From Comamonadaceae bacterium (GTDB lineage: Bacteria > Pseudomonadota > Gammaproteobacteria > Burkholderiales > Burkholderiaceae_C), in contig CANJNC010000011.1 in NCBI GenBank assembly GCA_947475685.1, forward strand, positions 12,361-76,360: a stretch of 64,000 nt of DNA, given 5' to 3'. Every line of letters starts with the position of its first letter. Positions within the stretch are counted from its first letter, which is position 1. The notes below the pieces were generated by a model. It saw only the letters and a program-made list of their open reading frames with translations, did not search any database and was not told the origin of the DNA. Below are positions 21,281-29,130 of the stretch, piece by piece. The translations under genes were made by a program, and so were the position numbers.

Positions 21281-22518
21281 TGGTTGAATCTATACAAATG
21301 CAACGCGCCATAGATTCCTGAGCGATCTTGCGGACCCAAGGAGTCAGAGATTTGATGGTCTCTTGTCCACTGATCGGCCAGGGGTCCTGTCAAACAAGCA
21401 TCAACAGGCGATTGAGAGCCAGCCGTTCTGAAGATGACCCTTGCACCTGGTTTGGCCGCTTGGGTGATGGCTGTCCATACGGCAGTCAATTCATGAGGTG
21501 TCATCCAATCTTGAGCATCTAAAAGGTTCACAATATCAACTGATTGGGGGCCTAGGTTGATCAGCTTATCTCTGATGTTGTTGTGCTCAATTGAAATTTT
21601 GTGAACGCAGTCACGTAAAAAAGCATAATTTTCTTTAACCAAATATGGCGGAAGCGCACTTTGACCCGACTCATCGTATTTTCTTGCATAGGCTTGCCAA
21701 GCAAAATAGTTGTCCTTGATTGGTACAACAGTGGCCAATTGTCTAGCTCTTTGTTTTAAGATTTCTGACATTTGTTCTGGCTTGTTGTCACACAAAGCCA
21801 AGTGCTGACTTGGAGGAATACCAAGGTTGTACAAAGCGTAAGGACTGCTGCAAATTTTAGTAACCAGTCTAGAGTCGAAAATCTTAGCGACTTTTTGGTC
21901 AAACCAAATCTTTTGATCTTCAACAGTTTTTTGCTCTAAAAGTTCAGACAATTTCACGCCATGTAATTTTGCCCCCATGTGGATAATTCCAATGATCTGA
22001 CCGAGCAGACCGTATTTGTAAAAACCTTTGGCAAACATTTGAATCCTCTTGGATCCAAACGGTCCGCTTTCCCAGTACGCTCGGCTTTCTTGATCCAATT
22101 GAGGTGAAATGATCGCATTGTAGATTCTGACATTGCTCGTTGATTTTGCAATGCCAAAAAATCTAAAGAAGTCTTCGTGGTACTCCAGTGTTTTGAGCGC
22201 TGCAATTTTCAAGTGATTCAAAGCAATGTGAGCATGATTGAGATCCACAACGGAAATTTTTGCGGGATTTGCCATCAAATAGGACAAGGCGTTGCACCCG
22301 CCAGAGGCAATGGTGAGCATGTGATCGGTGCTTTTGATCTGTAAGGCATTCATGTCCACCATAGGGTCTTCCCAAATTTGTGTATAAACCAAGCGATCGA
22401 ACCACATTGCAAAAATTTTATCTTTCAGCGTTGTTTTGGATTTGTGTCCAAAAACTGCGTTGTTCAACAGTACTTTTGATTTCTTTAGGCTGAGTGTTGG
22501 ACTTGAAGTTGTATTCAT
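21277..22518 (-). CDS. btaA: BtaA: SAM:diacylglycerol 3-amino-3-carboxypropyltransferase (DUF3419)
   Basis: LVYTQIWEDP, TIASGGCNALSYL, NYFAWQAYAR, LLDAQDWM, ARVIFRTA, DRSGIYGALHLY; 413 aa, full length relative to alphaproteobacterial BtaA. Confidence 0.88.
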   Translation of the reverse strand: MNTTSSPTLSLKKSKVLLNNAVFGHKSKTTLKDKIFAMWFDRLVYTQIWEDPMVDMNALQIKSTDHMLTIASGGCNALSYLMANPAKISVVDLNHAHIALNHLKIAALKTLEYHEDFFRFFGIAKSTSNVRIYNAIISPQLDQESRAYWESGPFGSKRIQMFAKGFYKYGLLGQIIGIIHMGAKLHGVKLSELLEQKTVEDQKIWFDQKVAKIFDSRLVTKICSSPYALYNLGIPPSQHLALCDNKPEQMSEILKQRARQLATVVPIKDNYFAWQAYARKYDESGQSALPPYLVKENYAFLRDCVHKISIEHNNIRDKLINLGPQSVDIVNLLDAQDWMTPHELTAVWTAITQAAKPGARVIFRTAGSQSPVDACLTGPLADQWTRDHQISDSLGPQDRSGIYGALHLYRFNH

Positions 22519-22594
22519 GAGTGAAAAAAATCCCTATGGATGAAGATATGTATCCAATTGTGGATCACTAATATTTCATTTGAATGTTACTTTT

Positions 22595-22612
22595 ATTACT
22601 TTTTAGTGACTT
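22595..22612 (-). promoter_or_regulatory. Weak PhoB-box-like site upstream of btaA
   Basis: Minus strand AAGTCAC-taaa-AAGTAAT; no clean -10 at 10 bp. Confidence 0.35.
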
Positions 22613-22696
22613 AACAATTTTTATCAACTTCAACATTCAAGGCTTGGACAGATCGTTGCGATCGTTTTTTTAAAATTTAAGCACATAAGATTCAAA

Positions 22697-22714
22697 ATGT
22701 CACAAACCTTTAAT
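22697..22714 (+). promoter_or_regulatory. PhoB-box-like site for the TPAT-NPP operon
   Basis: ATGTCAC-aaac-CTTTAAT, then a 10-bp spacer and TAATAT (22725-22730). Confidence 0.7.
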
Positions 22715-22742
22715 GTGCAAAAGGTAATATATTTGCAAAATA

Positions 22743-23654
22743 ATGGACACAAAAATGTCAAATTCAGTTGTAAAAAAAAGCATCTTTATTTTCTGGGCAA
22801 TGACTGTACTTTTAGCAACGCCTGGTTGTGCAATCAACACCTTTGTAGTCGATCAAGTGGCAAAGAACCTTGTATCAGAGGATGACCATGAACAAGATCT
22901 ATTTTTAGCTCGGGATGCCAGTCCTTTTTATTTAAAGTTGACAGAAAATTTATTGATCCGTTCGCCCGCAAATTTAAACTTGGCACAAGCCGTTTGCAGT
23001 GGTTTTACACAGTATGCATATACATTTATTGCATTTGAAGCAGAAAAAATTGAAGGCAGTGACTACAAGCGTGCAGAGGTCTTAAGAGAGAGGGCCTCCA
23101 AGATGTATGCGCGTGCATTCAATCATGGGATGAAAGCATTGGATTTGAAGTTCAGTGGTTTTGGTGCAAAGCTTAAAGCCTCAGGCAATATGGACCCTAA
23201 AGTTATACCATCAACAGATGTAGGACTTCTTTATTGGACGGCGGCTTCTTTGGGCGGTTGGATATCAACCGCCAAGGACATGCCGGACTTGGTTGCAGAT
23301 TTCCCCATTGCCCTTCGTTTAGCGCATTTGGCGTGGCAAATAGATCCGTCCTATTCTCAAGGTTCTTTGGCAAGCCTCATGGGTAACTTTGAGTGGGCCA
23401 ACCCGAACGGATCAAAGCCATTGGCAACACAATATTTCGATTGGGCAATTCAATATTCAAAAGATCAAAATGCAGGTCCCTTTGTCTCCAAAGCAGAAAA
23501 GGTTGCTGTGGCAATGAAAGACAGGCGAATGTTTGAAAAACTTCTCAATCAAGCAAAAGAGATCGCTCAAAAATACCCAAATTTACAAAATGAGGCCATG
23601 CGTTTGCGTGCACAATGGTTACTTGAAAACGAAGACGAGCTTTTTGAAAGTTGA
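22743..23654 (+). CDS. TRAP-associated TPR lipoprotein (TatT component of a TPAT system)
   Basis: Lipoprotein-like signal (…LATPG-C), AVCSGFTQYAYTF, LLYWTAASLGGWIS helical TPR-like repeats; immediately upstream of DctP. Start may be ATG 22755. Confidence 0.85.
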   Translation: MDTKMSNSVVKKSIFIFWAMTVLLATPGCAINTFVVDQVAKNLVSEDDHEQDLFLARDASPFYLKLTENLLIRSPANLNLAQAVCSGFTQYAYTFIAFEAEKIEGSDYKRAEVLRERASKMYARAFNHGMKALDLKFSGFGAKLKASGNMDPKVIPSTDVGLLYWTAASLGGWISTAKDMPDLVADFPIALRLAHLAWQIDPSYSQGSLASLMGNFEWANPNGSKPLATQYFDWAIQYSKDQNAGPFVSKAEKVAVAMKDRRMFEKLLNQAKEIAQKYPNLQNEAMRLRAQWLLENEDELFES

Positions 23655-24673
23655 AGATGAACTTAAACCGATTGGTCCGAATTTTTTCATGTTTGGTTTT
23701 TCTTGCTTTTGCAAGTTCAAGCTTTGCAGCGGACAAGCCCTTGAGGATGGGGACACTGGCACCCAAGAACTCTCTTTATTACAGACAACTCATTGAAGTC
23801 GCTGAGGCGTGGAAAGGTGCCGCAGGGGGTAATTCAAAGTACACCGTGTACGCAGACGGTAGCCAAGGAGGAGAGACAGAGCTTGCCAGAAGGATGCGAA
23901 TTGGGCAACTGCAAGGCGCGCTCTTGTCAGTGGTGGGTTTGAAGGAAATTGAACCCTCTATCAGTGCATTGCAGTCCATGCCCTTGCTTTTTAAAAGCTG
24001 GGAAGAGCTTGATTTCGTTCGGGAAAAGATGCGTCCTGGCATGGAGAAGAAATTTCTTGAAAAGGGATTTGTTGTCTTGGCTTGGGGAGATGCAGGCTGG
24101 GTCAGGTTCTTTTCAAAGGAGCCGGCTTTTAAGCCAGATGATTATAAAAAGATGAAGTTTTTTTCCTGGGGAGGGGAGCCCGAACAGCAAGAGATCATGA
24201 AGAGCTTGGGCTATACGCCCGTTCCTTTGGAGACGACAGATATTTTACCGTCTATACAAACGGGCATGATTTCTGTGGTTCCCTCTACACCGTATTTTGC
24301 AATGGCCAGTCAAATCTACAACACAGCCAACAACATGCTTGAGATCAATTGGGCACCGGTCGTTGGAGCTTTGGTGATCACTAAAAAAGCATGGGATGAG
24401 ATGAGTCCTTCAACCCAAGAAGCGGTTCGATCGGCTGGCGACAAGGCGGGAGATCAAATCAGGATCAAAGCCCGCCTAGAAGTTGAAGAGGCGGTAGAGG
24501 CCATGAAAAAGAGAGGTTTGATTGTGAACAAACCCTCGCCAGAGCAAATGAAAGAGTGGAACACCCTTGCTGCAAACTTGTACCCCAGGATTAGGGGAGC
24601 AATGGTCCCGGCAGAAACGTTTGATGAAGTTTTCAAACATTTAAATACATACAGAGCTGGCAAGCAAAAGTGA
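23651..24673 (+). CDS. dctP: TRAP solute-binding protein (DctP/TatP type)
   Basis: LRMGTLAPKNS, RMRIGQLQGALL, PVPLETTDILPSIQTGMI; 4-bp overlap with TatT. Confidence 0.92.
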   Translation: MKMNLNRLVRIFSCLVFLAFASSSFAADKPLRMGTLAPKNSLYYRQLIEVAEAWKGAAGGNSKYTVYADGSQGGETELARRMRIGQLQGALLSVVGLKEIEPSISALQSMPLLFKSWEELDFVREKMRPGMEKKFLEKGFVVLAWGDAGWVRFFSKEPAFKPDDYKKMKFFSWGGEPEQQEIMKSLGYTPVPLETTDILPSIQTGMISVVPSTPYFAMASQIYNTANNMLEINWAPVVGALVITKKAWDEMSPSTQEAVRSAGDKAGDQIRIKARLEVEEAVEAMKKRGLIVNKPSPEQMKEWNTLAANLYPRIRGAMVPAETFDEVFKHLNTYRAGKQK

Positions 24674-26451
24674 AATTGAATCAAATCAAACTGGATGAAA
24701 TTATTTCATCCCTAGCCTTGATTTTAATGGCAATCATTCCAGTGATTGAAATCCTTGCCCGTCCAGTACTTGGCAAAGGTATTGAAAACGCTCCAATTTT
24801 GGTTCAACACTTTGGGCTTGTGATGTCCATGTTTGGGGCCATTGCAGCTTATCGTTTTGGACATCTTTCAAGTATTGGCGTTATATTCAACTCGTTTAAG
24901 ATTCCTGCACGAATCTTATCGAGTTTAATCTGTGGCTTATTGTGCTGGGCGTGTTGGCATTTTGTGAGCACTGAAAGATCGGCCAATCAAATGTTGGCTT
25001 ATTCAATACCTTTGTGGATTTTACAATTGGTCATGCCAATTGGATTCTTGCTCTTGAGTTGGCAAATCGTCTCTGAGGGTTTGAATTTATTTTTATCTAA
25101 AGCCGTTGCAATTTTAAGCGTGAGCGTCATTAGTTATTTGCTTTTTCAGTTTTTTGAATCAAATGCAACGTCGATATGGCCCATGCTGTTGATTTTGGTG
25201 GTTATGTTTTTAGGCGGTGCACCCATATTTTCCATCATTGCCGCTTTGGCTTTGGGATTGTTTTTGCAAGATGGTTTGCCACTGTCCTCTGTGGCTTTGT
25301 CGCATTATCAAATCACGGTCAACCCATCGTTGCCTGCGTTGCCCTTATTTACGCTGGCTGGGTTGGTTTTTGCATCGACCGGGTCGGCCAAGCGTTTAGG
25401 GCTGTTATTCATGGCTGTGTTTGGCACGGGTGTCAGAGGGACCGTGTTTGCAACAACCGTTTTATGCTCATTTTTCACGGCCTTTACTGGAGGCAGTGGG
25501 GTGACCATTTTGGCGCTTGGAGGCTTGTTGCTCCAACTGTTAAGTGACACTGGATATTCGAAAAAAAGAGGGATTAGTCTTGTGACCAGTGCGAGTGCCC
25601 TTGGTGTTTTATTGGCACCTTCTGTACCACTGATCATGTATGCGATTATTGCTCGCGTACCGATCAACGATATGTTTTTGGCAGGTCTTGTGCCAGCATT
25701 GGTCATGGTCTTGTCATTGTTGGTATTTGGTGGATATCTAAAGAAGGAAAATCAATTTGAAGCAAAAGAGCATGTCCATGCTTTTTCATGGTTGAGATTA
25801 AAGCAGGCGAGTTGGGATGCAAAATGGGAAATTTTGACGCCATTTGTTGCTATAGGTTCCCTGGTCAGTGGGTTTGCAACGCCTACTGAAAGCGCTGCGA
25901 TTACAGCCGTTTATGCCATCGTCACTCAAATGATCTTTAACCGAGAATTGAGTTTGGAGCAATTTAAACACTCATTGCTTAAGTGCACACAAATTATTGG
26001 GGGTGTCATGTTGGTCCTTGGCATGGCATTGGGCATGACCAATTACTTAATTGATGCGGGAATTCCTGACCTGGCAATCCAATGGGTTCAGGGCATCACG
26101 AGCAATAGATATGTTTTCTTGCTTGCGCTTAATGTATTTTTATTTTTTGCTGGTGCGCTGATGGAAATTTACGCAGCCATCGTTGTATTGGTGCCCTTGT
26201 TGTTGCCCTTGGCGCTGTCTTATGATATTCATCCGATTCATTTTGGCATTATCTTTTTGGCCAATATGGAGATGGGATTTTTATGTCCACCTGCGGGCAT
26301 GAATATATATTTCGCATCCGCTGTATTTAACCAACCTTTAAAGGATGTGGCCCTCTCCATTTGGCCAGCATTGATTGCTATTTTTATCGGAACTGTTATT
26401 ATTTCTTGGCTTCCGTTACTGAGCACTGGCTTGCCTCAGTTTTTCAAATGA
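24670..26451 (+). CDS. dctM: Fused TRAP small+large permease (DctQM)
   Basis: 593-aa polytopic protein; ALPLFTLAG, AFTGGSGVT, LLAPSVPLIMYAI, ATPTESAA, HPIHFGIIFLANME…CPP. Confidence 0.92.
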   Translation: MKLNQIKLDEIISSLALILMAIIPVIEILARPVLGKGIENAPILVQHFGLVMSMFGAIAAYRFGHLSSIGVIFNSFKIPARILSSLICGLLCWACWHFVSTERSANQMLAYSIPLWILQLVMPIGFLLLSWQIVSEGLNLFLSKAVAILSVSVISYLLFQFFESNATSIWPMLLILVVMFLGGAPIFSIIAALALGLFLQDGLPLSSVALSHYQITVNPSLPALPLFTLAGLVFASTGSAKRLGLLFMAVFGTGVRGTVFATTVLCSFFTAFTGGSGVTILALGGLLLQLLSDTGYSKKRGISLVTSASALGVLLAPSVPLIMYAIIARVPINDMFLAGLVPALVMVLSLLVFGGYLKKENQFEAKEHVHAFSWLRLKQASWDAKWEILTPFVAIGSLVSGFATPTESAAITAVYAIVTQMIFNRELSLEQFKHSLLKCTQIIGGVMLVLGMALGMTNYLIDAGIPDLAIQWVQGITSNRYVFLLALNVFLFFAGALMEIYAAIVVLVPLLLPLALSYDIHPIHFGIIFLANMEMGFLCPPAGMNIYFASAVFNQPLKDVALSIWPALIAIFIGTVIISWLPLLSTGLPQFFK

Positions 26452-26476
26452 TCTCACTCTACCTTAGGCATTTAGA

Positions 26477-27709
26477 TTGATTAGTCGGCGCTCACTTCAA
26501 CACTTGTTGATTATTTGTTTAGTCAACTGCATGTGCACTTTGGCTTTAAATAGCTTTGCACAAAGTAAAACTCCTCCAAAACCGCTGGTGCTTCTCATTG
26601 GAATTGATGGTTTTAAACCAAGTTACTTGACACTGGGTGTGACACCTCGATTAAAGTCCTTGGCGCAATCTGGCGTTCTTGCAAAGGGTTCTATTTCTGC
26701 ATTTCCATCTTTGACGTTTCCAAACTTTGTGAGTTTGGTGACGGGTCTAACGCCTGATCACCATGGAATTGTGAACAACACCATGACCGATCCAGCAACC
26801 GATCAACTCTTTACTTTGAGTTCAAGAGAGGCCGTTGAGAATCCCTTTTGGTGGACGAAAACCACTCCCATTTGGACCAACTTGAGACAACAAGGCGGTA
26901 TAGCCTCTGCTATGTTTTGGCCTGGTTCTGAGGTTGAAATCAACGGCAGTCGCCCCAACGACTGGGTGCGATATGAGCATGGCATGTCACACGAAAGAAG
27001 GCTTGAATATTTGGTGTCTTGGTTGTCCAGAGGAGAGACTTTAAGACCCAATCTTGCAACACTTTATCTCTCTGATGTTGACTCTGCTGGGCATGAGTTT
27101 GGGCCAGACAGTGAACAAGTTAGGGATGCAGTTGCAAAGGTCGATCAGACTATTGGAGCATTAATCGATGCAATTTCAAACTTGGGATTAAAGGAGAGAA
27201 CGACCTTTGTACTTGTTTCTGACCATGGTATGGCCAGTACGCCTGCGGCCAAGTCCATCGATGTCAGTCAATTACTAAAAGATTTTCCAAAAGCCAAATG
27301 GGAGTGGCAAGGTGCAACTTCTGCTGTCAGACTCAATGGTGAAAATGGATTGCAAGTTCTAAATGTACTGTCTCAGCAATCCAATCTTGATTGTTATGAG
27401 AAAGGTAAGTTGCCGCAAAGCTTTAAGTTTGGTACCCACCCAAGAATTCCAGAGATCGTTTGCGTGTCCAAAATGGGTTACACCGTTACAGCCAACCCTT
27501 ACCGCAAGGGGCCGCTTGGTCAACATGGGTTTGACCCTCTGTTGACTGAAATGCATGGACTCTTTTTGGCATCAGGCCACCGGATCAAACCTGGCGAATT
27601 GGGCTTGATCGAGAACATCGAGGTTTACCCACTCTTATGCCAACTGCTCGGTATTCTTGAGCAAAAAAACGATTCCAAGCACCTCTTAAAAGACATCGTT
27701 TTGAATTAA
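26477..27709 (+). CDS. Nucleotide pyrophosphatase/phosphodiesterase (NPP, alkaline phosphatase superfamily), exported
   Basis: GIDG, PSLTFPN (Thr nucleophile), DVDSAGH, SDHGM, GQHGFD; N-terminal signal with SRRSL. Confidence 0.92.
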   Translation: MISRRSLQHLLIICLVNCMCTLALNSFAQSKTPPKPLVLLIGIDGFKPSYLTLGVTPRLKSLAQSGVLAKGSISAFPSLTFPNFVSLVTGLTPDHHGIVNNTMTDPATDQLFTLSSREAVENPFWWTKTTPIWTNLRQQGGIASAMFWPGSEVEINGSRPNDWVRYEHGMSHERRLEYLVSWLSRGETLRPNLATLYLSDVDSAGHEFGPDSEQVRDAVAKVDQTIGALIDAISNLGLKERTTFVLVSDHGMASTPAAKSIDVSQLLKDFPKAKWEWQGATSAVRLNGENGLQVLNVLSQQSNLDCYEKGKLPQSFKFGTHPRIPEIVCVSKMGYTVTANPYRKGPLGQHGFDPLLTEMHGLFLASGHRIKPGELGLIENIEVYPLLCQLLGILEQKNDSKHLLKDIVLN

Positions 27710-27730
27710 TCCTTGTTTAGTTTATCAGTT

Positions 27731-27757
27731 AAAAAGGCACCAAATGAGTGCCTTTTT
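27731..27757 (+). terminator. Terminator after NPP
   Basis: AAAAAGGCAC-caaatga-GTGCCTTTTT. Confidence 0.8.
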
Positions 27758-27865
27758 CTATTTGCGAGAAAAATTATTTAATTTGATATTAAAGTTTTAT
27801 TTATTTTTGTGGTTTTTGTGTTTTTGACTTTAAGAATGAATTATTTTAACTAGGGTAATCCATGG

Positions 27866-27883
27866 ATGTCACAAGAATGTAAC
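27866..27883 (+). promoter_or_regulatory. PhoB-box-like site for exbD-tonB-TBDR-exbB
   Basis: ATGTCAC-aaga-ATGTAAC, then a 10-bp spacer and CACAAT (27894-27899). Confidence 0.8.
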
Positions 27884-27905
27884 TTAGTTTTCGCACAATG
27901 ACTTG

Positions 27906-28355
27906 ATGCGCAGATTCCCTTACCAAGCTAGGAAAAAGTCACGAATTGAAATCATTCCAATGATTGATGTGATGATGTTTTTACTGGTTTTCTTTGTGCT
28001 CATTAGCATCAATGTGATTCCCGCTTTGGGCATCAAGATGAATTTGCCCAGCTCCAATTCTGTCAAAGAGGAGCATCCACCCATTCGTGTCATCTTAAGC
28101 ATATCAGCTGATGGGTCTTATCAGCTTGATGGGCAAAGCTTTGCTTCGCTTGAGAGCTTAAAGTCGGCCTTATTGGGTCTTAAACATCAAAACGAAGCCA
28201 AGTCCAGTCAAAACGCCTTGATCAATTCAAGTCCCCGCCTCGCAGTCATTATCAATGGAGATGAGCAGTCTCCACTACAGCGTTTGGTGGATGTCATGGA
28301 CATGCTCAAGTCAAGTGGCATTGATTCAATGACCATTGCGTCAAAGAAAAAATAA
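27906..28355 (+). CDS. exbD: ExbD/TolR biopolymer transport protein
   Basis: IEIIPMIDVMMFLLVFFVL (TM Asp), VIINGD…LVDVMDML. Confidence 0.93.
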   Translation: MRRFPYQARKKSRIEIIPMIDVMMFLLVFFVLISINVIPALGIKMNLPSSNSVKEEHPPIRVILSISADGSYQLDGQSFASLESLKSALLGLKHQNEAKSSQNALINSSPRLAVIINGDEQSPLQRLVDVMDMLKSSGIDSMTIASKKK

Positions 28356-28360
28356 AAGAT

Positions 28361-29062
28361 ATGAATGCGGCGCTTCAATGGACTTATGAAAAAAGAGACC
28401 CCATCTCTTTTGTCAGCGCATTTCTTTTGGGATTGTTGGTTTTGTTGCTGATTCAAGTATCTGCAATCAATTTTTCAAAAAACGCTGATGTTGAAATGAC
28501 GGCTTTCATTGAATCGCCTCCTGTGCCTGAAATCATCAAACCACTCGAACCCATTAAGAAGGTGATCGAGAAACAAGAAATCCAAAAGAGAGCGGAGCCT
28601 GTGATGCCAAAGCAGGTCACCTCTCCTTTTGCAACCGAAGCGCCCAAAGAAGCCAAGCACGTCGAGACCCCAGTGCCCCTGGAAAAACCTCAAGTCCTTC
28701 AAGCACCTCAACACATCACGCCTCCTGCGCCTGTTCCATCTGCTCAACCTGTACCTTCAACTGCAAGTATTTACGAAGCTCAGTTGAGATCTTATTTGGA
28801 GAAGATCAAACGCTATCCCACCATTCGAGAGGCGCGACTCACCAGACCACAGGGTGCTGTTCGTGTTTGGTTGGAGATTTCTAGAAACGGGCAGGTCCTA
28901 GGCGTGGGTGTCATGACGTCATCGGGCTCGAATTTATTGGATGGAGAGGCTTTGAAAACCTTGAAAACCGGTTCGTATCCTGCTTTTCCTGAGGATGCGT
29001 ATGTTGGTGAAAATGCCCATAAGTTTTCTGCAACCCTTAATTACACCCTTGAGCCTCAATGA
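28361..29062 (+). CDS. tonB: TonB energy transducer
   Basis: N-terminal TM, Pro/Glu/Lys-rich linker, C-terminal RYP…PQGAVRVWLEISRNG…SSGSNLLD. Confidence 0.92.
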   Translation: MNAALQWTYEKRDPISFVSAFLLGLLVLLLIQVSAINFSKNADVEMTAFIESPPVPEIIKPLEPIKKVIEKQEIQKRAEPVMPKQVTSPFATEAPKEAKHVETPVPLEKPQVLQAPQHITPPAPVPSAQPVPSTASIYEAQLRSYLEKIKRYPTIREARLTRPQGAVRVWLEISRNGQVLGVGVMTSSGSNLLDGEALKTLKTGSYPAFPEDAYVGENAHKFSATLNYTLEPQ

Positions 29063-29130
29063 ATTGAGGGTTTGGTTGCAACAGTTTTGTTTTTTGAGAT
29101 TTTAAAGTTCAATTATTTTTAGGAGAAAAA

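Noticed and set aside
21277-22518. Complete DGTS (betaine lipid) pathway
   Set aside because: No BtaB methyltransferase in the window; it could be elsewhere in the genome, so DGTS synthesis is neither claimed nor excluded.
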